A program made the position numbers and the translations under genes. A stretch of DNA of 63,694 nucleotides, the filler included, from Octopus bimaculoides (taxonomy: Eukaryota), in NCBI RefSeq assembly GCF_001194135.2. It is 6 parts of 4 records of this genome, joined end to end, with 100 filler letters (N's around TTAATTAATTAA, not from the genome) between each part and the next. Parts side by side here need not be neighbours in the genome. Positions count along the whole stretch, not along the records: positions 1 to 15,574 come from NC_068995.1; 5 more parts are not named here. One strand, 5' to 3'. How positions within the stretch are numbered: the first letter of the stretch is position 1; each line of letters begins with the position of its first letter. This document shows positions 1-12,507 of this stretch, one piece after another. The notes beneath the pieces are model-generated. The model searched no databases and was not told the DNA's origin. It saw nothing but the letters and a program-made list of their open reading frames with translations.

Positions 1-338
1 AAGAGGTGCAGCAACATCAAAGGCAGGTTAACTAGGAAGTTAGCTTTTGTTTGTGGCAGATGTTCAGGTGCAATAAAGACTGTAAACAAACAGGAAACAA
101 CTTCTATCTCATTCCAGGGTGAAAAACTAGAGGTAGTCGATAGCTTCCGCTATCTAGACGACCAAGTTAGTAGTGGGGGTGGGTGCGCTGAAAGTGTAGC
201 TGCTAGAATAAGAATAGCCTGGGCAAAGTTTAGAGAGCTCTTACCCCTCTGGCGACAAAGGGACTCTCACTCAGAGTAAAAGGCAGACTGTATGACGCAT
301 GCGTACGAACAGCCATGCTACATGGCAGTGAAACATGG
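1..338 (+). mobile_element. RTE-clade LINE fragment (end of RT and post-RT region), frameshifted
   Basis: Translates QGEKLEVVDSFRYLDDQVSSGGGCAESVAARIRIAWAKFRELLP / KGLSLRVKGRLYDACVRTAMLHGSETW. Confidence 0.85.
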
Positions 339-769
339 CAAAGTTGAATATATACTTTCATTAAAGATACATATGTAAATTGATTTACATAACGAGTAAT
401 ATAGCTTGGATGAAGTGCTTGATAAAAAGATATTCTTCCGACCGTTGACGCCTTTGAAATACATCCAGAAAGATGAAATGGTCACAGGAATATGGGAGAC
501 TACATTTAAGACAGCAAGTTGTGATCTGAGGAAATTTAGCTGCTATTTCTACCAGCTGCTGTGAGGAAAATAAAAAAGCTGCAATAAGAAGAGTTATGTA
601 CCTTGTTTAAAAGAGAGAACACAAAACATTTGATCTCATAACCTTGGAGATAGTAACAAATATATTTTAAACTTCACAGCCAAAGACTTTTAATTATTTT
701 GGAATAAATGAATAGAATTTTGTGAGTAACACAATAACAATGGTATCAAATTTTGGCACAAGGCCAGCA

Positions 770-1070
770 AGATTTAGAAAGAAGGATTTGGTCAAATACA
801 TCAACCCCCCCCCCCTCCAGTACTTGACTGGTACTTATTCTATCAACCCTGAAAAGCAAATAGTTTTTAAATAAGGCACAAGGCCTGAAATTTTGGGGAG
901 GGGTTAAGTTGATTACATCGACCCCAGTACTCAACTGGTACTTAATTTATCAACCACAAAATGATGAAAGGCTAAGTCGTCCTCAGTGGAGTTTGAACTC
1001 AGAATGTAAAGACATGAAATGCCACTGAGCGTTTCGCCTGATGTGCTAACCATTCTGCCAGTTTACCACC
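770..1070 (-). mobile_element. SINE family A (gcctttcatcctttcggggtcgataaa core), CpG-decayed, partly duplicated
   Basis: Similar to copies at 25512, 26620, 52862, 62575 and 63295 but with many CG to TG/CA changes. Confidence 0.75.
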
Positions 1071-1362
1071 ATAATAATAATAATGATTATAATGATTTCT
1101 AAGAGGCACAAAATCCCATATTGGTGGGAGATAATCAGTCGATTTATATTGGTTCCCTCAGCAAATGACTGGTACGTGGCATTTCGCCAATCCAGGGTTG
1201 ATAAAATTAAGTTTCCATCGGTGGGATTTTAAAACACACACAAAAAAAAAAGTCACTAAATGATTCACAAGGCATTTGTTCGATGCTCTACTGGTCTGTT
1301 GCCAGCAACGATGAAGGGAATACGAAGCCTGTTGCAATGAAGTGGGTCCTGCCGTGGTCACT

Positions 1363-1488
1363 TTACTGAATGTCTACTTCAAAAGGCTCAACTGGACAAC
1401 ACTGACCAGTCTTCAGACATTTCCTCAGCCATTTTACGCTCACCACAAATGCAGCAGACGAGGCATAGCGCATAGTCGAGGCAAGATC
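1363..1488 (-). CDS. CHD1L: CHD1L terminal exon, BRCT C-terminal part: [41 protein letters not shown]
   Basis: tatttcag acceptor, TAA stop at 1365-1363, 126 nt; V-x-x-x-W-L-x-x-C BRCT signature. Confidence 0.85.
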   Translation of the reverse strand, partial: DLASTMRYASSAAFVVSVKWLRKCLKTGQCCPVEPFEVDIQ

Positions 1489-4400
1489 CTGAAATATTAA
1501 GGAGGAACTATCACAGTAAATTATAGAGAGACAGAATAATGTAGGTATCTTTTGCTGGGGTGGAATAGAGAGAAAGAGTGTGTACATTGATTGAATCCAG
1601 GGCCGACTGTAGTGAGTGTGTGTGGGAGGGGGGAATGCCTAGTTCTGCTGTTATGTGGTTGATTATAGAGAATGATGACAAGTATTTCAAGGAGTGTAGA
1701 GTTAAACCAACGAGGACCAGTGGGAAGAGAAGTGGAACTCATTGTGATACTAACCTGTTTGAAACTACCCCTGGTTATTTAACAGAAATGCTCGCAAACT
1801 TCATATTTTAATTAAAATCTTTAAAAGCTTAGGCAAGAAACTTGTCATACATATGCAAACTGTTTGTCACAATTAACTTCTGGTAGGGACACTATTTCAT
1901 TATGCAACTATATTACCAAGAATATTAAAGGCTTACGAGTCAATACTCTGTCCTGCCTGTGTTAGCAGTGCAATTCAATCACTTTTAAAGTTTTCTCTAG
2001 AAATTAGAGCGAGCACTGAAAGTTAAGTTTCATATATGAATACATCTGTGTAAACAGTGCCGGCTCTGACTTGTATAGAAAATTTTCTATACAAGTCAGA
2101 GTAGACTTTAAAAAGTGAAATTCTGAGTTGAGAAAGTTATAAATAATAGCATTTGGGTTAAAAAAAGACCCCTTTAAATGGAAAAGTCGGAGGCTGCTCA
2201 AGGGACTCAAACTCACATTTTCTGTAACCATGACAGATGTTCTACCATTGAACCAAAACAATCTTTTGAATTTCTTTTTCCATTTTAGAAGTTTTGTCCT
2301 TATCAGAGTTTGACCATTAAATAGAATTTCTTTCATGTTTTCTTGAAGTTTTGAAAGTCTTACAACGTAAACAAGAGAATTCTTATTGGTAAGAACAAGG
2401 CTTCTAAACTGGATAAGTTTGAAGAATTGCTTTCGTACAATGGTAGAGAATGTCTGTCATCTACAGAAGGTGTAGGCTTGAATCCCAGAGACAGCTTTTG
2501 ACTTTGTCCACCCAAGGGTAATTTTTAACCCCCTTATTTACATGTTATTTGTAGATCTACCTACTTTGAGTTCCACCATTCTAACGGTTCTGCCAGTTTG
2601 CCACCATGGATGGATGGATGGATAAAAATATGGCTGTCAGATAAAGTTAATGCATTTACACAAGCAAATGTAAAGACGACTGAGCAAATTTATTGTGGAA
2701 CGCATGCAAGCCTTTCCACTTCATGCCACAAATGTGTATCCATGGGGAAGGTCACTAACTTGGGTTGATACAGCTTAGCACCAGTGTTGTCACAGACAAT
2801 GCTGTCAGAACTAGAACAGATGATGCAAAGCATTTTTCCACATCAAAGAATTCTGTTAATCCACAACCCTGGGTTGGTTCTTTCTATGGAACCCCGAAAG
2901 GACAGAAAAATGGAATTGACTTTGACAGGAATTGAACTCAGACTGCAGACAATTGTATTGAAGAACCCAAAAACCTTGTACTCACCTCTATGTCACTGTT
3001 GATGCAGACAACAACATGGGTTGTACTTTCTGTTATTTCTGAATGAAACTCTCCATCGTAAGTGAACGGAGTTAAGGACTGGAACCATGGAACCAAAAAG
3101 AAGACAGCAAAAATAAATATCATCATCGCCAGCGCCATTATTTTGGCATCAACTTTTCCATGTTTGCATGGAAAAGGATAGTGACATGTAGAAGCACCCA
3201 GCACATTCTGTTAATTGGTTGGCATTAGGAAGGCATCCAGCCACAACAGACAGTCGGAGTCTGGACAGCTAGCCAGCTCCACGTCAAACTGTCCAACCCA
3301 TGCCAGCATGGAAAGCAGACGTTAAATGAAGATGATGATGATGCATGGGTCACACAAATGGAATTCATTGAAACAGATTTTCTACAGTTGGATGCCTTTC
3401 TTGTGATCGACCCTTACCCGTTTCCAAGATAATCTTTCCCTGAGGTCAAACATGTTTTCATAGAAGAATGACTGAGCGTTACTTGGAAATGAGCATCATC
3501 CTCATACAAGGAGACACAAACACACAGACAAATATATGATGGGCTTCTTATAGTTTCCATCAATCAAATTCACTCACAAAGCATTGGTAGGCCCAAAGCT
3601 AAATAGATGTGAAGACTATGTTTAGCCCTTCAGCATTTAAACTGGCCAGACCAAGCCAAAGACTGTTTTATGTTGAAATTGACCAGATCAAGCCTCTTAC
3701 ACCTATCCTACATCATCAAAGTCTCAAAACTACAAGATAATGCATGATTTATTTATAAAATGTCAATAAATAAGTATTACAACTGAATGTGGAAAGGTTA
3801 ACACTGCTCTGTCCACAAAGCCTCTGCCATACGACAAACAAAAAATCAAAAGGATATGCAATAATATAGCGTTTGTACATTTTGCTGTCTTCCGGGTTGC
3901 AGTTCCAGAGATGAAGAGAAAGTCCTTGGAATGTTTCCAGCAATCCATTTTGCTTTTTGGTATCTCCTTGAGACGTAGAGCAAACAGGTGATGCAGGGCC
4001 CGGCAATGCAGTGCCAGGCGATGCAACAGAGGATGGTTCATCATCTGTACGTGAGAAAAATTGAAGAATTAATGAGAGAGGTTAACTAGAGGGAGTTAAC
4101 TTATGGTCGTCGTTGTTTAGCCCAAGGGTGGCATTGAGATGGCAAATCTATGAAGAAAGACATGTTAACCATTAATTTCTTGTCTTTTGTTCAGACAGTC
4201 TATCTAGGATTACATCAGCCAATGTATCTTTTTTTTTCCATATTTTAAAACTGTGAGATTTGACTGCTATCTTTAGCAAGGCGAGCAGTCACTTACAGGC
4301 TTGGTTAAATATGATGTTGGTAGTGGTGATGGTTGGACTTTGGAATGGTATTGGTATAGGTGGTGGTTGAACTGTGGAGGCTGGACAATGTGAAGGTAAC

Positions 4401-7400
4401 AACACATCAGCAAACACTACCACCACCACCACCATACTATCAGGCACATACATAATGACCACCACTGTCAAACTATGACAATCTCTACAACCACTACTAC
4501 TACAGTTGTCAACAAAACGGTGTGACGCTGACCACCACCACCAGACAACTGACCTCTGGTTGATGGTCCAGCTTCCTGGGATGACCTTCTCCGCTTTAAA
4601 TGTCCACGTCGAGGGTAATAATATCTGGAGTGAGAGTTAAGTTAAACTTGAGTGGAGGTTTGTGAACGCGAGACATAATGTTTGTTTAGGTGAGTGTGTC
4701 ATAACAAGGAGTTTTAACATCATCTTAAAACCACCTCAGAAAAAGTGTCACAGCACAATACCACCACAATGGCATTAACTATGCCTATGCTACCACAATG
4801 GCATTAACTATGCCTATACTGCCACAGTTGTGCCGTTAGGATGTCATCATATACAACAGTGTGATAGCTTTCCATGCTAGCACCATCATAAAGTTACAAT
4901 TGTCATAATATTAGTAACCATCATAACTCAAGGACTACCATAACATTAGAAGTGTTCAGACATTATTCCGATAATATAAGATGAGTTCTAATATTGTCAT
5001 AACATTAGTACTGTCATAAGAATGTCATCAATCAATCCAAATTCCAAATAATTGAATACAAAACAAGATTTTGGCAAAGGATACATGTAGGTTGGAATTC
5101 CTTTCACTGCCAGATGTTTTCGGATGAGTCTCTCAGTTCCGTACCAGTTAAAGGAAGGTGTATCATGTCCTATTCTGGGTAAGTGAACACTGGCTGCAGA
5201 GACAAGAAGTGAGAGAGATTAATTACATAAGGCACCATACAGCAGAGGATCGCATTTTCTTTCAGAATATACACAAGTGTGTGTGTGTGATAAGAAATCA
5301 CAAAAACAAATGAATTCTTGGAGTTTTCCTCAACATGTTGATTTCTTGTCATTTTGGCAAGTGGTGTACAGCTGAGAGGTTGGGTGTTGGACTCATAATT
5401 GTGGGTTCAATTCTTGGACTGGACACTGAGTTGTGTCCTTGAACAAGGTACTTCACTTCACATTGCTCAGGTTTACTCAGCTGAAAAGCAGTACCAGTGA
5501 TAACTCTTGAGAGTTAATCCTGCAATGTATCCTTTGTAGTGGGGAAACCTTGTACTTTTCTTTGCCCTAGATACACTTCAGTTTATAAACCTGTAGATTC
5601 AAAAAGGCTTAGTTTGATTACACTCATGCTAATGATGTTCAATAAGGTAGAAACACTTAACAGTTGTCTCCCATATTTACTGGAAAAATATTAATAACCA
5701 CCGACTAAAATTTTGTTTTGTTTGTTTATTCCTTTCACTTCATATTTGATTCAGTTTTAAATGTTCAAAGGTCCAAATATCAGACATACCCCTACCCACT
5801 TAACTAGTGATCATAATGTCACTGCTACTGTTTAGCCCTGGGTCAGTGCTGGTTAGTAAACTTATGTCCAAAGACTCATAAATGTTCCAGTCATGACGCT
5901 CCAGTCTTGATCCATAAAACATTATCCAAACTTTAATGGATGGGATCTCACAATTGGTTGATATCAGTCAACAGCTATGGTGCTGCCCTCTAGTGGACAC
6001 ATACAAAAAAGGAAGATAATGCTAATTTACCATTTCTTTGTCTTGCCTCAACCGAAACCTTCCTCAGTCCTTCTTGTAAAGCCTCCATCTTGATCCCAGA
6101 TAAATTATTACTTTTAGTTCGATGTTGGGCTACGATAAGGGCCAGCTGGAAAGGAAACGGTGAAGAATGTCAGGTTTTGTTAGCAGGAGACTATATAGAT
6201 GGTGGCACAATAGGGACTACATAGGTTTGGCACAGTGGCACAATAGAAACTATAGAAATAAAGCAACAGAGAATATCAGAATATAGAGAAATAAATTAGT
6301 GAGGGTGAGTGAAGGCAACAGTGAGTGGGAGGTTTTACTTACCCAACACTTTTCATCTTCATTCAGAGTAATTAAGTGGCAGTCACCGAGGTTTATATCT
6401 GAAAGTGGACGATGGAGAGGTGGGCAGGGTTAGGGTTAGCAGCAGCAGGCAGTTGTGTCTACATGACAAACAGGCACACAATTATGTTTACATGACAGCT
6501 GATGGAGGGGGAGGCACAGCTGTGTCAAGATAGGGCGACACACAATCGGGGCTACATCAGAACAGCCAGGAGCCTATATAACAAGGGTACAAACTGCATG
6601 TCTGCAGAACATTAAGCCTTTCTCTCCTCCTACTCTTATCGTTCATCTTCACACTACTCCTCCCTCTCCATAAACTGGTGATCAGTATTTCTAATACACA
6701 ACTATGATGAGAGAAGTGAATCAAATGTTAAATTTGATTGGTTGTTTCAGTGTCATGTGACAGCATATCAGGGCTGAATAAACATGTAATGCACACATGG
6801 AAGTGGTACATATAACTGCACACATGGCAGCACCAAACCTGCACATACACATGACAGCACTAAACACATGCACATACATACACACAGCAGTGCCAAAACC
6901 CTTATTTCCTCCACAAAAGATAACCACTAACCAGCCCCCTCCACTTACCTTTCATCTCTTTGGCCAATTCATACTGTGTCTTTGGAATTGTTGATCTTGT
7001 TGTGATGGCAGTAAATACCCCTCCTACACCCCATTGGCCGGAATTGTCTGATGAAAAAAAACAAGAATTATTATTGCAGATACACCATATCAATACATCA
7101 TCGTTGCATGAAAAAGTCTTGCATGGATCAGACAGAATTCATTGAGGCAGATTTTCTACGGCTGGAGGCTCTTCCTGTTGTCAACCATCACCTGTTTCCA
7201 AGGAAGGGAAATATTTTCTCTTAGTCTAGACATGTTTGCATGAAAGATTGCAAAACAAACATCTCTGGTTGTAAGATGGTGATGTGTTTTCAATATTTCT
7301 TTTAAAGCCCAAACATTCACCAACAACAGAGACCTAACCCTGGATATGAACTACAGATGTGGTCTGGCTGTCATGGTCATGTATTCCCTATAGAAATCCC

Positions 7401-8945
7401 ATTTTTCGCCATTGATTTATCTCTCAGAAGAAGAAGCTCTGCATCTACCACAACTCGGTCTTCTGTTCTCCTTTATGGAGAAGAAACATGGCCTCTCACA
7501 AAGACCCTGGCAAAAAGGATCAATGGCTTTGATAGCAGAGCCCTGAGAACCATCGAGAACATCAGATGGTAACATCATGTTTCCAACAAAGAACTGTGAA
7601 TGCATATCCGGCTTCCCACCTCATAGCCCTCCATTTGCAATACACTGGCATGAACATGTCCTCCGTCTCCTGTTAGATTGTCCTAACAGAGCTTTACTTA
7701 CTCTCATTTGACACAGCAGGGGTCAAAAGTGATTAAGCAGGATCTCCAGAGGCTCAATGTCATCCTGGAGGATGCAGAGTGGCTGGCACAAAATTGCCAG
7801 CAATAGAGAGCCCTGGTGGACCAGGGTACCTTTGGGACCATTAACCTGGCATGACCACAGCACCATCAAGCAAGCAAACATGAAATAAGGAAGCATGTAT
7901 TATTTCTCCAGTGAAGGAATCTGGAGGAGGCAATCAAGGTAAGATTTGAACTCACAACCACGAGAACATCATGACAGCCAAAACCTCTTTTATAAGCCAC
8001 CTCCCCCCATCTTTCCTCACAGGGTCACAAAAAATCAGATAGAGATCAATAGTTTACCAATACAATGGATGACAAAGCTTTGGTCAGTCTGTGGCACGGA
8101 CACAGGGTGTGTCACATCTCCTCTCACATAGGAAATGTCCACAGGGTCTACAGAGTTTTCTTCCTCATCACTGTCTTCTTCGGAGCCATCTGATGTCAGT
8201 TTACATGAAACGTAACCATTTTCTTTCCACAGAGCAGCCCTGGAAACAAAGTAGAAATCGCATTGAGAAACTACCCAGAGGTGCCATGCTCATGAAAAAC
8301 AATAGTTAAGTCGTTCATTTTGAAGTTTTTCACACAGAACTCATTAGAAATGTAATTAGAAATAATTATCTAGTACGGAAAAGTCAATATTAGTCAATAA
8401 ATATAATTATTTTAATGAGCATTTAAGGTCCATACACACATTATAACTATTAATTATGTATTGCACATAAATGTTGTCTACTCAAAGTGGTGGTCAGCAG
8501 TGAGTTTCCAAAAAAGAAAGAAACATGATAAATTGCTTATAAAATGCTGATGTAATATTGTATTATTTGTTTACAAAATAAATATAAAATTAAAAAAAAT
8601 TGTCAACTTTTATTTTATTCATTATTTATATTGTTTCCAGTATGAATTAATATTACTAAGAAATATTACTGGTCCCTGGCACATTGGAAAAAAAACAAAA
8701 AAACTGCTGGAAGGCCACCTCAGAGAGTTTGAGAAGCATTGGTCTAAGTGACGCTAAAACTGCCCTGAAGATGGAAATGACACTGTATACATATAGGCAC
8801 AGGTGTGACTGTGTAGTAAAGAAGCTTGCTTTCTAATCATGTGGTCTTGGGATCAATCCCACTGTATGGAGCTTTGGGCAAGAGTCTTCTACAAAGCATT
8901 TTGAATGGATTTGGTAGATGGGAACTGAAAGAAGCCTGTCATGTG

Positions 8946-8976
<31 letters not shown>

Positions 8977-11900
8977 CTTTGTCTAGACATCTGGTGATGG
9001 TTGTAAACAAGAATCATCATCATACAAGCAAGGGTGTTCATTTTCATTCTTCCATGAAAAACACGTTTGTCCATGGAAGGGGTGGACATTACTTTGCTTG
9101 GAAACCGGTGAGGGTTGGGGACAGGAAGGGCATCCAGCAATAGAAAAATCTGCCCCATTAAACTCCGTCCAACCCATGCAAGCATGGAAAAGTGGATGTT
9201 AAATGGTGCATGCATGTATAGTATTCAAAGTCTCTAGATGTAAAAGTCACTCACTTCTTTTCTTCCTTCTCGGCAGCCCTTTTTCTGGCTAAGGCCTCTC
9301 GTTCCTTCAGTTTCTGTTCTAAAGTCTCCTTGCGCTATGTTGGAAGAACAACATGGAACCAACATTAGTTAGTGTGTAACAATAACATCTGAAACACATC
9401 AAGAGATGTGTAAGGAGGATTTGAACTGAAAACATTACAAGACACAACGTCATACTACAAGACAAGTCCATCCAGTTCTGCCATCTACATCGAAATATAA
9501 TTCAGAAAAATTCCAGAGTTCCTCACCTTATTTTCTCGTTCTTCAATTTGTTCTGGAGTCAGTTTGGTACTAGAAGTGGATGGCATCGCCACAGAGACAT
9601 TTCTTCTTTTACCAACCACAACTTCTGGTGCTTCTACACAACATAAACACAGGGAACAGAAACTTTTTAGTACCGAGTTAGGCTACAAAGCAACACATGC
9701 ACACACACGTACACATACACACATGTATGTGTGTGTGCAGACATACAAATATAGTAAAGACAGTGTGTGACATTAAACTGGTCTGGAAGGAAGTGCAAGG
9801 GTTACGTGCAAAGAATCGTTTCCACTGCAATATATTGTGCTCTGCACTCCCTCCATATGCACACTGTGCACCACCCTGTTTGCACAATGGCATTTCATTG
9901 CACACAAATGCTCTATCCTCCACAGAAGGGGAGGGGGCCATGCCTACATCATTTCTACCACTCCCCTATATGCAAGCCTATTCGAGACACTAAGGAGTTC
10001 CAGAGGGAGAAATTTTGAAGACAAAGGATTGGTAGAAAGAAAAGACAAAAATAATGAAAGACAAAGACAATCTGAGAATTGAAACCGTTTCGACTTACCT
10101 TCTCCAAGTGTGTCAAAGGCATCAAGATCAGCTGCAGACGGCGCTTTAGAATAGTCAAAACCGTCAAATTGGTAAATCGTGGATGGTTGATCTTCTGCGT
10201 CATCATTGGTTTTGAAACACTGACAGAGAAGAGCAACAACAGTATAGAAGGGAAGGTAGAGGTGTGTGTGTGTGTGTGTGTGTGAATTGTACCATATATG
10301 GGCATACTGACACAAGTATATATTGTCATATGATGTTGTAATACATCACAAGCAAATATGGTCATACAGTGAAATACTGTAATACAACATTACCAAATAT
10401 GGTCATATAGACAGTGTAATACGCTACCAAACATAGCCAGTGATGTAGTGTAATACAGCTTTACCAAATATGGTCATACAGTGATGTGCAATGCATCATA
10501 ACCATATATGGTCATACAGTGATATAATGCTTTATCTAATTATACATCACTGGCTATGGCCATACATTGAGCAGATGGTAAGGCCATTGGTCTGTGATAT
10601 AACTGACCATACAACCACATTGTGAGTTGAGGAAAAGTAAAATTTGGTTGTACATGATGGATTGCTGGATAGACAAGGTTATACATGTGTTACCTGCTGT
10701 CATACAGGTGTCTTTCACGATTACACAAAGTCATACAAAGGTTCAGTGCCAGTTATGGTCACCCACTGATGCCCAGGAGTATGCCAGATTGGACATGGCA
10801 ACCCACGGGTCAGACAGGTTAACCCCTGTATTCAAACATCATGATCATTTCATGTCCGCTTTGGAAAGCGGCAAATTTCAGGGCGGTGTTGAGGTTCTAA
10901 AATCATCTTTGGTGAAATATGCAAATATGGAAGGCAAAAATTCAGACAGAGTGACCCAGTACCAAACAATACCCATCATCATCATCATCAACTAAGACTA
11001 CAGTAACACATTGGTCACTTACCTGTTGTCCCACCAAATCTGTTGCTTCTTCTTGGTCACTTATTGTCCACTGATTGTTGTCTGAGCTGCCCAATACAGC
11101 AGGGAAGTCAATGGACAGAGGAGTGTCCCCAGAAGGGTTCTGCAGCAGTTTGTCAACCCCAAACTTCAGAATATCTTGCAGCTGCACATGAAACACAAAC
11201 ATCATCACCACTATCATCATCATCAACATTATCACCATCATCATCATCATCACTCCCACCACCAAAGCCCAGACTACTGCCACCCCTTTATCAGAACAAA
11301 TTCACTCAGAAGGCATTAGCCAACCCCAGGCTGGTTAGCAGAAGAGACAAGCCCAATGTGCCATGTGATGAGAAAAGGATCCTCTTAACCACACAGCCAT
11401 TCCTGCACCTGAAGAATTTAGTAAAATAACTTAGTCATAATTATGCTGGGGTTTGGAACATTAAATTTAGATAGAATATGGATGGAAGGCTTAATTTTGA
11501 TCCTTTTAAAACAAGGTTTGAATCATAGAAGCGAGGGAAGGGGTCTTAAGGGGGTTAGCATCAAAAAGGGTTAACCAAGGAAGGGTCCTTTTAATAATGT
11601 ATGTTAAAATACAGACCTTTTGACCAGTGACTCTTACCTTGACTTTGTCATCAGTGATGGAGGAAATCTGTGAAGCTTTCTGAGTTTTCAATGAAAAGTT
11701 TCCCTCCTCGATGACACGCTTGGTTAACTTCAGTTTCACTGCACTCCGTTGGAAGATGATGTCTTCAACTGTGTCAGCACCGATGAGGCGTATAATTTTC
11801 ACTGGGCTGGTTAACAGGTGAAAAACAGAGAGAGTCAACCAGATAGGTACATAAGTATATGGTTGAGAGGGGGAACTGGGAGAGAGAAAGAGATAGGGAG

Positions 11901-12437
11901 ATATATATAGTGGTGGTGAGAGTAGAGGTGAGAGAGAGAGATGAAGATGTGGGAGCAAGTAGATATGGAAGAGAGAGAGAGAGATAGGGAGATATATATA
12001 GTGGTGGTGAGTAGAGTATATACCAGTATCACGCAAATGGCTCCTGTACCAGTGGCATGTAAAAGCACCCATTACACTCGAGTGGTTGGCATTAGGAAGG
12101 GCATCCAACCTTAGAAACCATGCCAAAACAGTCCATGGGTAGGGCCCTACAAAGGCACTCAACACATTTAGTAGGAGTCACATATGTTATTATTTAAAAT
12201 AGTTAGATTCAGCTCAATGTGACTTCAAGTTTCACCGGCTTCTAACAGAAATCTGGCTCTTTCAATACCACGTGACCCACTGTGACCCAATAGCAGCCCA
12301 TTTGCCAGTAGCCATCTTGGACTTGCTGTGTTTCTTCATTCAGTAATCTGATAGTGAATGAGCTGGGTTTCTGTCAGAAACCTGCAAAACATTAAATTGC
12401 ATTGAGCCAAATCAAACGGTTTCAAATAATTATAATT

Positions 12438-12507
<70 letters not shown>

